Shown piece by piece: positions 20,121 through 30,316 of a stretch of 64,000 nucleotides of DNA. Under the pieces are notes generated by a model, which was not told the origin of the DNA, made no database searches, and worked only from the letters and a program-made list of their open reading frames with translations. The translations under genes and the position numbers were made by a program. The stretch is taken from positions 32,001 to 96,000 of the forward strand of contig CALIBN010000012.1 in assembly GCA_938045545.1 (NCBI GenBank), given 5' to 3'. The stretch is from an uncultured archaeon (GTDB lineage Archaea; Thermoproteota; EX4484-205; JAAOZP01). Positions within the stretch are counted from its first letter, which is position 1, and each line of letters opens with the position of its first letter.

Positions 20121-21509
20121 CTAGTAAAATTGCAACTTTCGAATATACTTCCCAACATCAAACTTTCTTTTCAAGCCGTTTTCACTCATATATCTGACCT
20201 TTCCGTAAACCGGTCTTTCTTTCCAAGGACGGTCATGTTTGCCGAAGCACCATGCTACTCCGGCGAAACTATTCGGATCCCTGCCGTCAAGCTCATACTT
20301 ATTGTTAAGGTATAGCGCTAACCGGAAGGCCTCCACAGGGCTTTCAACCCATTCAATGAGCTTCTTAGCCCAATACATCCGCATATAGCCGTGCATTTTT
20401 CCAGTTTTGGCCATTTCCTGTTGAGCCGCGTTCCAGACTGGGTCATGGGTTTCTCCGTTCTCAAGCTCCTCCAAACCATACTTGAAGGGCCGCCGGTCCT
20501 TACGATGCGCCATAAGAGTGTTTTTCGCCCATCCGGGTAGACAGTCGAAAGAATCGTATTTCTCGTTGTAGAAAACGAAGTTCATGCTCAACTCTCTTCT
20601 CACAATGAGTTCCTCCAGATAGGCTTCTCTGCCTGGGCTTTCTGTTTTCAAAATCTCTAAAGCTATGTATACTGGAGAAATCTGTCCGAAATGCAAGTAT
20701 GGACTCATATTTGAAACAAAGTCTAACGTAGGGTCGTTTCTAAGCTCGGGATAGTCATCCAGCTTACGCTTTATGAAAACCCTTAGGTGCTTCTTAGCCT
20801 CGCTCGTCCCGCCTCTGAAGCTTTCAACTCTCTTCACAGTCCTATCGACATTAAGCCCGTCGATCAAGCGTTCAGGGTTTTCAAGCTCGACGGATTCAAA
20901 CTCCAGATCCAGAGAATGAACCCTTAGGCTACTCTCTCTTAAAGGAGCCAAGTATTTTTCGAGAACCCTCGTGAGTTTAGGCCTAAGGGTTGCTGCAGAG
21001 TACTCTTCTTTAGAAGATGCTGTTTCAACAGGGACTACAACATTGGTTTCAACCTGAATAAAGGGGCAGGGTGCTTTTTCAGCTACATACTGATACCATT
21101 TCTTCTGAATCCGTAAGTATCCCCTGTCGCCCACTAGGAGCGACGCGTCTCTAGACAACTCCAGAATACCCTTCTCCGGAGACTTGCCCCAAACAACCAA
21201 CTGTATTCCACGTTCCTCAAGGGACTTCTTGGCTTCGAGAAGGCCTTCGAGCATAAACCAGTAGCTCCTTTCATTAGCCTCGGGAAAATTGCCTGTAATT
21301 CCGAAGAAAGCGACGAGAGGCCTGTTTAATTCATTAGCTTTTTCGACAGCGTATTCGAGAGCATGATTATACTCGATTCTTGGGGAGGCCTGCATCCAGT
21401 AGAGCACGTAGCTGCCATTCCTCAGACTCGCCTCATTAAGCTGCTTTATTCTTTCTTTTTGAATAGGCCCGGGTTTAAACCCGTGGCCGGTTGACATACA
21501 GGTATTCAA
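20121..21509 (-). CDS. phr: Class II CPD photolyase
   Basis: VLYWMQ, MSPYLHFGQIS, MHGYMRMYWAKK, YELDGRDPN and HDRPW motifs. Start uncertain. Confidence 0.93.
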   Translation of the reverse strand: MNTCMSTGHGFKPGPIQKERIKQLNEASLRNGSYVLYWMQASPRIEYNHALEYAVEKANELNRPLVAFFGITGNFPEANERSYWFMLEGLLEAKKSLEERGIQLVVWGKSPEKGILELSRDASLLVGDRGYLRIQKKWYQYVAEKAPCPFIQVETNVVVPVETASSKEEYSAATLRPKLTRVLEKYLAPLRESSLRVHSLDLEFESVELENPERLIDGLNVDRTVKRVESFRGGTSEAKKHLRVFIKRKLDDYPELRNDPTLDFVSNMSPYLHFGQISPVYIALEILKTESPGREAYLEELIVRRELSMNFVFYNEKYDSFDCLPGWAKNTLMAHRKDRRPFKYGLEELENGETHDPVWNAAQQEMAKTGKMHGYMRMYWAKKLIEWVESPVEAFRLALYLNNKYELDGRDPNSFAGVAWCFGKHDRPWKERPVYGKVRYMSENGLKRKFDVGKYIRKLQFY

Positions 21510-21877
21510 TAGCTGGAGGAAAAATCATTAAGCTAGATAAAAAACTTCTTCTAATGACATTAGAAATTTATCGGACCTCAGGGAACTTTTTATAAGCAGC
21601 CTCATCCGGTGGCTTTTCATTTCGGAATGAAATACTCCAAGACCAGATCACCCGAGACCGTTTTCGTTATAGGCAGACGGATCAACCTGAATGGAGAACA
21701 GATTCGCTTTCGACGACAACGGTTTAGTAGAGTGGAAAACGGTACTTTATGAGGAGATTTTCTACAGGAGATGGATGGTTCCTCCGTAGGGAATCAGTAG
21801 GATAAACTTGAGCCAGCCTGAATAAGCATGTTGGAAAAACCGTTTAAACGGGTGGGAACAGCCTAATGAAAATTTTT

Positions 21878-23779
21878 TTACAGGCTTTCAGAGGTCTCAG
21901 CCTCCCGGGTCTCAACCGGATGCCTTAGGTCTATCAGAACCTCGTAGACCCCGTCCTCCACCCTGTACCTCATAGTGTAACCGCACTTTCTGAAGAGATG
22001 CATCATCCTAGTGTTTTCAACCAGAACCCAAGCCTTTAAACCAGTAAAGCCCCTTGCCTTAGCCAGCTCAATAAGGTATTTGAGGAGCTCTGTCCCAATC
22101 CCCTTTCCCTGCCAGTCGTCCCTGACTACGAGGGCTACTTCAGCCAGCTCGGTACCGGGTATTCCGGAGTAGCTGCCAATGCCAACCATGCTTTCAAAAC
22201 CTTCTTCGCTCACCACGGCCACTAGAACCATCTCGTTCTGATAGTCAACTATCACGTACGGCCAAACCCTGTCCCAAGGTAGAGACTTCAACGGTCCCAA
22301 GTATCTTTTCATCACGCTATCTTTAGAGAGCGCGTAGAACAAGTGTTGCTTCATGGTTGCGTCTGAAGGCTTTATCGGCCTTATGAGCAGCCTAGTGCCG
22401 TCCTCTAGGGTAACGTATCGCTTCAACTCCTCAGGATACTCCACCTCTGGGAAGGGCAATACTTCCTCCGGCACATACTTGTGAGACTTAGCCCATTCGA
22501 GAAGCTGGTTTCTAAACTTCGGGTGGGCAACGCCTATGAGAGCCAGCGCCCTCTCCTTTATCGTCTTCCCGGTGAGGCGTGCAACACCATACTCCGTCAC
22601 AACATAGTCAACGTCACCTCTGGTTAGCACTACGCCGGCGCCCTCACTGAGCACCGACTTTATCCTTGAGACTGCACCCTCTTTAGCCGTGGAGGGTATG
22701 ACGGTTATGGCCCTGCCTCCTTCGGAGAGCCTCGCACCCCTTACGAAGTCCGCTTGGCCCCCTAAGCCACTGTAGAAAACATATCCAAGCGAGTCTGCGC
22801 AAACCTGCCCCGTAAGATCGACTTCCAGAGCCTGGTTTATCGCAACCATCTTCCTGTTTTGGGCGATTACAAGCGGGTTGTTAACGTAGTTAGACTCGTA
22901 GAACTCCACCATCGGGTTATTGTCTATGAAGTCGTAAAGGCGCCTAGTACCCATTGCGAATGAAGCAATTATCTTCCCCCTGTGAAGGGTCTTCTTAGCG
23001 CATGTTATGACTCCTGCTTCAACAAGGTCAACGACGCTCTCAGTAAGGAGCTCAGTATGGATCCCGAGGTCCTTCTTATCCTCAAGGGAGCTTAGCACCG
23101 CGTCAGGTATGCTTCCTATCCCTATCTGGAGAGTCGACTCGTCCTCAACCAGCTCGGAAACGTATCTCGCTATCCTGTCTGAAACAACATCCCTAGGTGG
23201 CTGCGGTGCCTCGAGAATCGGCTCATCATGCTCAACAATCACGTCTATATCGTTAACATGAATGAAGCTGTCCCCTAGGACGCGCGGCATGAAACGGTTT
23301 ACTTGAGCTATCACGAGCCTAGCCTTCTCCGCAGCAGTCTTAGTTATCTCAACCGAGACACCTAGGCTGCAGAAACCATGCTCATCCGGCGGCGTCACCT
23401 GTATCAGCGCTACGTCTATCGGCACCATTCCCCTTGATATCAGCTTCGGCAGGTCGGAGAGGAAAACAGGAGTGTAGTCCGCCCTTCCCTCGGCAACCGC
23501 CTCCCTGGTGTTCACGCCTACGAAGAAAGCGTTTAGGCGGAACCTGTCCGAGTAGATCGGCTTTGCGTATGGCGCGACGCCAAGCGTGTGAACATGGAGA
23601 ATCTCGTTGTCAGCCAGGTGCTTAGCCTTCTCGACAAGCCCGTGCACAAGGTACTGAGGCTCCCCGCAGGCTGAGCCTATGAAAATATGATCCCCCGTCT
23701 TAATGTAGCTTAAAGCCTCCTCGAGACCAGCCTTCTTCTCATCGTAAGGCCTTTCTCGCAAACTATCTTTCCTAGGCAT
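21878..23779 (-). CDS. Acetyl-CoA hydrolase/4-hydroxybutyrate CoA-transferase fused to a C-terminal GNAT domain
   Basis: TLQIGIG, HTE, GLGGQADFVRGA and VVTEYG, then GNAT WQGKGIGT. Start moved to ATG 23779, 25 nt from the TATA. Confidence 0.9.
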   Translation of the reverse strand: MPRKDSLRERPYDEKKAGLEEALSYIKTGDHIFIGSACGEPQYLVHGLVEKAKHLADNEILHVHTLGVAPYAKPIYSDRFRLNAFFVGVNTREAVAEGRADYTPVFLSDLPKLISRGMVPIDVALIQVTPPDEHGFCSLGVSVEITKTAAEKARLVIAQVNRFMPRVLGDSFIHVNDIDVIVEHDEPILEAPQPPRDVVSDRIARYVSELVEDESTLQIGIGSIPDAVLSSLEDKKDLGIHTELLTESVVDLVEAGVITCAKKTLHRGKIIASFAMGTRRLYDFIDNNPMVEFYESNYVNNPLVIAQNRKMVAINQALEVDLTGQVCADSLGYVFYSGLGGQADFVRGARLSEGGRAITVIPSTAKEGAVSRIKSVLSEGAGVVLTRGDVDYVVTEYGVARLTGKTIKERALALIGVAHPKFRNQLLEWAKSHKYVPEEVLPFPEVEYPEELKRYVTLEDGTRLLIRPIKPSDATMKQHLFYALSKDSVMKRYLGPLKSLPWDRVWPYVIVDYQNEMVLVAVVSEEGFESMVGIGSYSGIPGTELAEVALVVRDDWQGKGIGTELLKYLIELAKARGFTGLKAWVLVENTRMMHLFRKCGYTMRYRVEDGVYEVLIDLRHPVETREAETSESL

Positions 23780-23803
23780 CCGGAGCATTCTTAAGGCCGC
23801 AAG

Positions 23804-23811
23804 TTTATAAA
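23804..23811. promoter_or_regulatory. Palindromic TATA box TTTATAAA between divergent genes
   Basis: The only TATA-like element in the 73-bp spacer; it reads identically on both strands. Confidence 0.5.
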
Positions 23812-23852
23812 CATAGGTGGAGGGCCGTAGGGACAGTCTGAACCGATGATGC

Positions 23853-25976
23853 ATGATGAGGCTTGAGGCGTTCTTTAACCCGAAATCGGTCGCGGTGATA
23901 GGGGCCAGCAGAGAGGCTGGGAAAGTGGGCCATAGAGTATTCCGGAACATGGTTGACTCAGGCTTCAAAGGGAGGCTTTACCCGGTGAACCCGAACGCTC
24001 AGGAAATACTTGGCTACAGGTGTTACCGGAGCATTAGGGATGTTGAAGATGATGTTGACCTGGCTGTTATCGCGGTTCCCGCTAAGGTTGTTCTCAGCGT
24101 TGCTGAAGAATGTGGTAGAAAAGGCGTCAAGGGGTTGATTGTGATATCCGCGGGCTTCAGTGAAACCGGCAGGGAGGGAACTCTGCTCGAAAGAGACCTT
24201 GTCGCCAAATGCAGGGAGTACGGTATGAGGATGCAGGGGCCGAACTGCTTCGGGTTCATAAGCTCTAGAAACGGTATGAACGCCTCCTTCGCCTCAACCA
24301 TGCCGGTGCCCGGAAACGTTTCAATCGTTTCTCAAAGCGGGGCTCTTGGAAGCGCGATACTGAACTGGTCAAGATTCAACGGAATGGGCCTCGCGAACTT
24401 CATAAGCGTCGGCAACGAGGCTGACCTCACTACGGCTGACTTTCTCGAAGCGCTGATCGACGAGGAGAACACTAAGGTCGTCGGGATATATATTGAAGGC
24501 GTGAAGAACGGTGAGCGGTTCATCAACGTTGCCCGGAGGCTCTCGAGGAGGAAGCCGGTGGTCGTGTTGAAAGCCGGCACCACCGAGGTCGGTGTTAGGG
24601 CGGTATCCTCTCACACTGGGTCGCTGGCAGGGTCTGACACTGCTTTCTCCGCTGCTTTCAGGAAGGCAGGGGTCCTGAGGGCAAGCACGATGAAGGAGCT
24701 GTTCGACCTGCTTTCAGCTTTCGAGGGCCAGCCGTTGCCCAGGGGAAGCGGCGTCATGGTTGTTACGAACGGCGGCGGCCCAGGAATCCTTGCCGTAGAC
24801 GCTTGCGAGAAAATGGGTTTAAACCTGCCTCTTCTGGAGCAGGATCTTTGGGAGAAGCTTAGCAGCCTGCTTCCACCTCATGCAAGCATCAACAATCCTC
24901 TGGACGTGCTTGGAGACGCTGATGAGAAGCGCTACAGGATTGCGCTTGAAGCTGCTTTAAGCAGTAGTAACGTGCACAGTGTGATCGTCATACTGACGCC
25001 GCAGGCAATGACCCCTTCCGAAGAGGTTGCGCGCGTCGTTGTGGAGATGGGAAGAAGGTTTGAGAAGCCTGTGGCAGCGGTTTTCATGGGGTTTGACAAC
25101 GAGTCTCCGGCGATAAGGATCCTGAGAGAGGGAAAGATGCCTAACTACGATTTCCCTGAGCCCGCGGCTTTCGCGCTTAGAGGAATGTATGACTACAGCC
25201 TGATGCTCAGCCGGCCTGAGGAGCAGGCTGTAAACCTGACTGACGTTGACGACGACGCTGTGGCAAGGGTGATAGCCAGGGTTGAGGCTGAGGGCAGGAT
25301 CAACCTTTCCTCAGAGGAGGCTTTCGAAATAGCTTCCGCATATGGGATTCCTGTTCCGGAGGCAAGGATAGCCAGGAACGCTGCCGAGGCCCGTGAAATA
25401 GCTGAATCCATAGGCTGCCCAGTTGCGGTGAAAATCGTCTCCCCGGATATTCTGCACAAGACTGATTTGGGCTGCGTAATCCTGAACGTTGAAACGCCTG
25501 AAGAGGCAAGTGGGGCTTACGAGCTGGTAATGAGAAGGGCTAAGGCAGCAATGCCCCAGGCGAAAATACTTGGCGCATTAATCCAGAAAATGGCTCCTCC
25601 CGGTAGGGAAGTCATAGTTGGCTCAGTAAGAGACCCGCAGTTCGGCCCCCTGATAATGTTCGGTCTAGGGGGAATATACGTCAACTTCCTAAAGGATGTT
25701 TCATACAGGCTGGCGCCGCTCACTTTCTCAGAAGCCATGGAGATGATTTCTGAAACTAAAGCGTACACTCTGCTTAAAGGAGTTAGGGGCGAGCCTCCGT
25801 CAGACTTAGAGTCAGTCGTAAACGTGGTGGCGAGGCTTTCCCAGTTAATGTGCCGCTTCAAGAAGCTGGTAGAAATGGAAATAAACCCCCTGTTCGCCTA
25901 CGAGGAGGGGAAGGGGTGCATGGCAGTAGATATAAGAGGAACGCTTTCCAAGCCTAAAGGAGAGACTGAGACATGA
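23853..25976 (+). CDS. ADP-forming acetate-CoA ligase, fused alpha-beta
   Basis: IGASR, GPNC, SQSGA, SHTG phospho-His, NPLD, HKTD, DPQFGP and EINPL motifs. Confidence 0.93.
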   Translation: MMRLEAFFNPKSVAVIGASREAGKVGHRVFRNMVDSGFKGRLYPVNPNAQEILGYRCYRSIRDVEDDVDLAVIAVPAKVVLSVAEECGRKGVKGLIVISAGFSETGREGTLLERDLVAKCREYGMRMQGPNCFGFISSRNGMNASFASTMPVPGNVSIVSQSGALGSAILNWSRFNGMGLANFISVGNEADLTTADFLEALIDEENTKVVGIYIEGVKNGERFINVARRLSRRKPVVVLKAGTTEVGVRAVSSHTGSLAGSDTAFSAAFRKAGVLRASTMKELFDLLSAFEGQPLPRGSGVMVVTNGGGPGILAVDACEKMGLNLPLLEQDLWEKLSSLLPPHASINNPLDVLGDADEKRYRIALEAALSSSNVHSVIVILTPQAMTPSEEVARVVVEMGRRFEKPVAAVFMGFDNESPAIRILREGKMPNYDFPEPAAFALRGMYDYSLMLSRPEEQAVNLTDVDDDAVARVIARVEAEGRINLSSEEAFEIASAYGIPVPEARIARNAAEAREIAESIGCPVAVKIVSPDILHKTDLGCVILNVETPEEASGAYELVMRRAKAAMPQAKILGALIQKMAPPGREVIVGSVRDPQFGPLIMFGLGGIYVNFLKDVSYRLAPLTFSEAMEMISETKAYTLLKGVRGEPPSDLESVVNVVARLSQLMCRFKKLVEMEINPLFAYEEGKGCMAVDIRGTLSKPKGETET

Positions 25977-27043
25977 GGAGACAAGCAGTATACGTGGCTT
26001 CGCCGAGCAGGCTGGCGGGGAAGAGCGTGCTAATAATCTCCCTGGCGCAGCTGGCTGCGGAGAAAGGGATGCGAGTAGGTTATTTCAAGCCGATCAGCGG
26101 TTTCTGCGTGCCGAACCCCAAGGGAGAGCTTGTGGACGAGGATTCTGAAACCATGAGGGAAATCCTTGGGCTTAAGACAAGCCTAGAGGTCTGCCCTTTC
26201 AGAATATGCGGGGGAAGCTTTCTCGACTACTTCTGGGGTGAAGATCCCTCGCGGTTTAGAAATATCATTCTAGAGTCTTATGAGGAGGCCTCTGCTGAAA
26301 AGGATCTGATGCTGATCGAGGGAGCTCAAACGCTTTCAACAGGCTCCTTCCTAGGCTGTCAGGCTCCGCGGCTGGCCTCACTTTTCAACGCGGAACTCAT
26401 CCTAGTTTTAAAATACGAGAGTGATTTCGTCGTCGACGAGGCGCTTCAGGCGAGGGACTACTGCGAACGCTGGGGAGTCAAGGTGTCAGGAGTCGTTCTC
26501 AACCATGTTGAAGAAAACAGGTTCAAGTTTGCAAGGGAGGTTGTGAAACCCATGCTTGAAAAAGAAGGGTTGAGAATACTGGGGATCATGCCTGAGGACC
26601 GGGTGCTCAGCTCCCTCACCTTCAGAGAGGTTTATGAGTCCATAGGTGGAGACCTCATCGCTGGAAAAGGAGGGCTTGAGAAACCGGTTGAGACCGTTCT
26701 AATAGGGGCTATGACTCCTGAAAGCGCCATACAGTACTTCAGAAGGGTTAGGAACGAGCTTATAGTAACCGGGGGCGATAGGACCGACATAGTGCTGGCG
26801 GCGCTTGAAGCAGGAGCCTCCGGCATAATACTGACCGGGAACCTGCGCCCAAGCGTTAAAGTACTGCCCAGGGCGGATGAGCTTAAGATTCCGATGCTTG
26901 TAGTGCCTCAGGATACTTACACAACCCTGCAGATGATTCAGAAGATAGTTGGAAAAATAAGGCCTAGGGACAGGACGCGCATAGCCGCGGCTCGGAAGCT
27001 GGTTCAGGAGAATGTGGACTGGGAGAAGATCCTGAACTTTTAA
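25973..27043 (+). CDS. Phosphotransacetylase N-terminal-like protein (AAA_26 plus DRTGG domains)
   Basis: AGKS, GYFKPI, IEGA, VTGGDRTD and ILTG motifs; no Pta catalytic domain; ATGA overlap with the ligase gene. Confidence 0.88.
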   Translation: MRRQAVYVASPSRLAGKSVLIISLAQLAAEKGMRVGYFKPISGFCVPNPKGELVDEDSETMREILGLKTSLEVCPFRICGGSFLDYFWGEDPSRFRNIILESYEEASAEKDLMLIEGAQTLSTGSFLGCQAPRLASLFNAELILVLKYESDFVVDEALQARDYCERWGVKVSGVVLNHVEENRFKFAREVVKPMLEKEGLRILGIMPEDRVLSSLTFREVYESIGGDLIAGKGGLEKPVETVLIGAMTPESAIQYFRRVRNELIVTGGDRTDIVLAALEAGASGIILTGNLRPSVKVLPRADELKIPMLVVPQDTYTTLQMIQKIVGKIRPRDRTRIAAARKLVQENVDWEKILNF

Positions 27044-27225
27044 CTTCCAGTGGTATTTTTAGGAGGAACTGTTTAAACGGTTTTTAAGCGAAAGTTTTTC
27101 TCCACGGAAATGCTGTTTAAACCGCTGGCTGGGGAAGAAAGGGTTTGGATCAGACGGAACTAGGAGAAAACTCGATGCAAATCGTGGTTATCTCATTAGC
27201 TTTCCTATAACCATATTTCACAACG

Positions 27226-29994
27226 TCATTGCGCTTCTTTCTTCAACTTGCTTCTAACGAGCTTCCTCACTTCGTCAGCTATGAACACTGTGCCCGAAAC
27301 AAGAATTATGATTACCCAGTCCCATACTGTGAGTGGTTTAGTTTGAAGAGCAACTTGAAAGAAAGGCAGTATTGTCGCCAACACCTGCAGGGAGACTGAT
27401 GATACGATAGCGGCGAAAAGATACTTGTTCGTGAAAAACCCTATTTTGAAAACTGACTTGGTTCTAGAACGGCAGTTCAACGCGTTGAAAACCTGAAACA
27501 TTGACATAACTGTGAAGCCTATTGCCCGCGCCCTCGTTAAATCCCCGTTCATCCACTCAGTCTTGAAAATCCAGAGAGTCCCTATAGCCATGAACGTTGA
27601 AACGTAGAGGGTGTTAATCAGAATATCCCTGTTAATTATCTTCTCGTCAGGCTTCCTCGGAGGCTGATCCATAACATCCTCCTCTTTAGGCTCCATGGCT
27701 AGGGTCACGTCCAGCAGCCCGTCGGTTACAAGGTTAACCCAGAGGATTTGGACTGGAGTAAACAGGATGGGCGCATCAGGTAGTAGAAACAGGGCGGCGA
27801 ATATAGTGACTATTTCCCCAAGATTCGTGGAAACCAGGAATTTCACAACCTTCCTAATGTTTTCAAAAACCACCCGGCCCTCCTCCACAGCGTTAACAAT
27901 GCTGGCGAAATTATCATCAGTCAAAACCATGTCGGCGGTCTCCTTCGTAACGTCAGTACCAGTAATGCCCATTGCGACACCAACCTCCGCCGTCTTTAAG
28001 GCTGGGGCATCGTTAACCCCGTCTCCAGTCATAGCCACCACGTGTCCCCTGCGCCTCAGCGCTTGGACAATCCTATGCTTATGCAGGGGTGAAACCCTTG
28101 CGAAAACCGCGACATCCTCAACCACAGCATCCAGCTCCTCGTCACTCATCTGGTCGAGCTCCACGCCAGTCAGGACTTTCAAGCCCGGCTTCAGGATCCC
28201 TAACTCGCTCGCAATAGCCTGTGCCGTAAGCCTGTGGTCCCCAGTTATCATAACGACCTTGATGCCTGCTCTCTGGCAAAGCTGCACCGCGGTTTTCGCC
28301 TCAGGTCTTGGAGGGTCGATCATTCCAACTAGACCGATAAACACCATGCTGGGTTTAACGCGAATACTTGCCTTGAACTCTTTCAACTTTCCATCATCCA
28401 TCTCCCAGTAGGCTACTGCGAGCACCCTCAAGGCTCTGCCGGCCATGCTCCGGGCAACCTCAAGAACCTCCTCCTTTTTCTCCTCCGACAGCTTTTTCTT
28501 CTCCCCGTTCTCCAAGTATTCTGAACACATCTCTAGTATGGTTTCAGGCGCACCCTTAGCGAAAACCGTTACGCCTCCTGACGGCGCCCTGTGGAAAGTA
28601 GCCATATATCTCTCACCGGGGTCGAACGGGATCTCGTCTACACGCGGATAAAGCTCTTCCAACTCCTCCTTTCCCATACCCGCCTTGGCTGCTGCAACAA
28701 CGAGAGCACCCTCAGTCGGGTCGCCGTGGATCTCCCACCTGAACGCGCCGTCAACCTCATGCTGTATTAAACGAGCATCGTTGCAGAGTGCACCGGCTTG
28801 GAGGAGGAGCTTCAGAGGCTCGAAACCCAACGGGTCAACCGGCTTATCCTCCAGCATGAACTGTCCCTCAGGAGTGAAGCCGGACCCAGTAACCCTCACC
28901 GTCCTACTGGCTACGAAGACCTCTTGCACCGTCATCTGGTTTGTTGTAAGCGTTCCAGTCTTGTCTGTGCATATGGCTGTAACTGAGCCGAGAGTGTCAA
29001 CAGCCTGAAGCTTCCTGATTATAGCGTTGCGCTTAGCCATCCTGTTAACCCCAACGGCGAGGGTTATCGTCATCACCGCCGGCAGCCCCTCGGGAATGGC
29101 GGAAACAGCGCTCGCAAGCGCGAAGAGAAACATCTCAAAAAACTCGAAGCCTCTTAAAAGACCTATTACAACCATCAGGCTGCTCGACGCCAAGGCTAGA
29201 AAACCGAGCTTCTTAGAAAGATCAGAGGTACGCCTCTGAATCGGCGTTTCAACCCTCTCGGTCTCTCTAATCAGCCGCGCTATTTTACCGATCTCCGTCC
29301 TCATCCCGGTGGCGAACACAACAGCCTTACCCCTGCCCCTGGTTACGATCGTCCCGGCGAAAGCAATATTCCTACGCTCCGCCACGGGAAGATCCTTCTC
29401 AAGCTTCTCAACAGTCTTCACAACCGGAATAGACTCGCCTGTCAGCATGGACTCATCTATCTCAAGGTTGAAAGCCTCAAAGATCCTAGCGTCCGCAGGA
29501 ACCCTGTCACCAGCCTCAAGGAGAATCACGTCGCCGGGGACAATCTCCCTCGCTTTAACCCGCATCCCCACGCAGCCACCCTCCTCAGGACAGTCACGAA
29601 TAACATCAGCCTCCGGCGCCGCAAGCCTCTTCAAAGCCTGCAGAGCCTTCTCAGCCCTAAACTCCTGCGTGAAACCTATGGCAGTGTTGAAAGCTATAAC
29701 CACGCCTATCACAGCAGTGTCAACAATCTCCCCGATGAAGAGGGAAATCAGCATTGCCGCAACCAGCACCAGTATCAAGGGGCTCCTCAACTGGTCGATG
29801 ACAAGGGTCAGAACACTGATCTTCTCCTCCTCTTCCAGCTCGTTCGGCCCATACTCCCTGAGCCTCCTCTCAGCCTCCCGGCTGCTCAAACCCCTGGCAC
29901 TAGTCTCCAGCCTCTCAAACACTTCCCGCAGCTCAAGAGCATGAAAAGCATTCTCCTTCTCGCTCCCCATTTTCCCCGCCAGTTCAGAAACCAA
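27226..29994 (-). CDS. P-type II cation-transporting ATPase
   Basis: TGES, PEGL, DKTGTLT, KGAPE, MITGD and TGDGVND motifs. Confidence 0.95.
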   Translation of the reverse strand: MVSELAGKMGSEKENAFHALELREVFERLETSARGLSSREAERRLREYGPNELEEEEKISVLTLVIDQLRSPLILVLVAAMLISLFIGEIVDTAVIGVVIAFNTAIGFTQEFRAEKALQALKRLAAPEADVIRDCPEEGGCVGMRVKAREIVPGDVILLEAGDRVPADARIFEAFNLEIDESMLTGESIPVVKTVEKLEKDLPVAERRNIAFAGTIVTRGRGKAVVFATGMRTEIGKIARLIRETERVETPIQRRTSDLSKKLGFLALASSSLMVVIGLLRGFEFFEMFLFALASAVSAIPEGLPAVMTITLAVGVNRMAKRNAIIRKLQAVDTLGSVTAICTDKTGTLTTNQMTVQEVFVASRTVRVTGSGFTPEGQFMLEDKPVDPLGFEPLKLLLQAGALCNDARLIQHEVDGAFRWEIHGDPTEGALVVAAAKAGMGKEELEELYPRVDEIPFDPGERYMATFHRAPSGGVTVFAKGAPETILEMCSEYLENGEKKKLSEEKKEEVLEVARSMAGRALRVLAVAYWEMDDGKLKEFKASIRVKPSMVFIGLVGMIDPPRPEAKTAVQLCQRAGIKVVMITGDHRLTAQAIASELGILKPGLKVLTGVELDQMSDEELDAVVEDVAVFARVSPLHKHRIVQALRRRGHVVAMTGDGVNDAPALKTAEVGVAMGITGTDVTKETADMVLTDDNFASIVNAVEEGRVVFENIRKVVKFLVSTNLGEIVTIFAALFLLPDAPILFTPVQILWVNLVTDGLLDVTLAMEPKEEDVMDQPPRKPDEKIINRDILINTLYVSTFMAIGTLWIFKTEWMNGDLTRARAIGFTVMSMFQVFNALNCRSRTKSVFKIGFFTNKYLFAAIVSSVSLQVLATILPFFQVALQTKPLTVWDWVIIILVSGTVFIADEVRKLVRSKLKKEAQ

Positions 29995-30125
29995 GGTTTA
30001 TAAATCTTCAACTCATATTGAATAAAAACTATCTATTACAATAAACACACTGGAGAATTGAAGAAAACAACTGAACACGCAACCTCGAAAAATTAATATA
30101 GTTCACAACAACCATACGCTCCGGC

Positions 30126-30243
30126 AGCCCGGTCGTCTAGCGGTCAATGGGAGTAAGGCTTAGATCCCGACTAGGGATGGCGGGCTCTGGATCCCGCGTG
30201 GAGAAGAAACCCGTTGACGAGAGTTCGAATCTCTCCCGGGCTA
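30126..30243 (+). tRNA. tRNA-Gln(CTG) with two introns: 27 nt at 21/22 (30148-30174) and 18 nt at 37/38 (30191-30208)
   Basis: Acceptor AGCCCGG/CCGGGCT, T-arm GAGAG-TTCGAAT-CTCTC, anticodon CTG 30187-30189. D-loop BHB has a GGTC/GACT helix and inner GGGA/TCCC. Confidence 0.9.
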
Positions 30244-30316
30244 CTACTTTTTCTCCCGTGTTCCCAAACTTAAAAACATGTTTAGGCTTAAAAGCCTAGT
30301 CTACGTAGCTATAGTG

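Noticed and set aside
23780-23968. N-terminal extension of the CoA-transferase ORF as given in the ORF track
   Set aside because: It overlaps the divergent ligase gene. TATA spacing supports a start at 23779.
27695-29944. Long antisense ORFs (e.g. 27695-28411, 29309-29944, and similarly 4063-4578, 18306-18857)
   Set aside because: They are shadow frames of well-supported genes on the opposite strand, Ser/Thr-rich and without motifs.
30180-30197. Alternative tRNA-Gln fold pairing GCGGG with CCCGC, with no anticodon intron
   Set aside because: It gives an 8-nt anticodon loop and an unstructured long variable region. The 37/38 intron model restores a standard cloverleaf.
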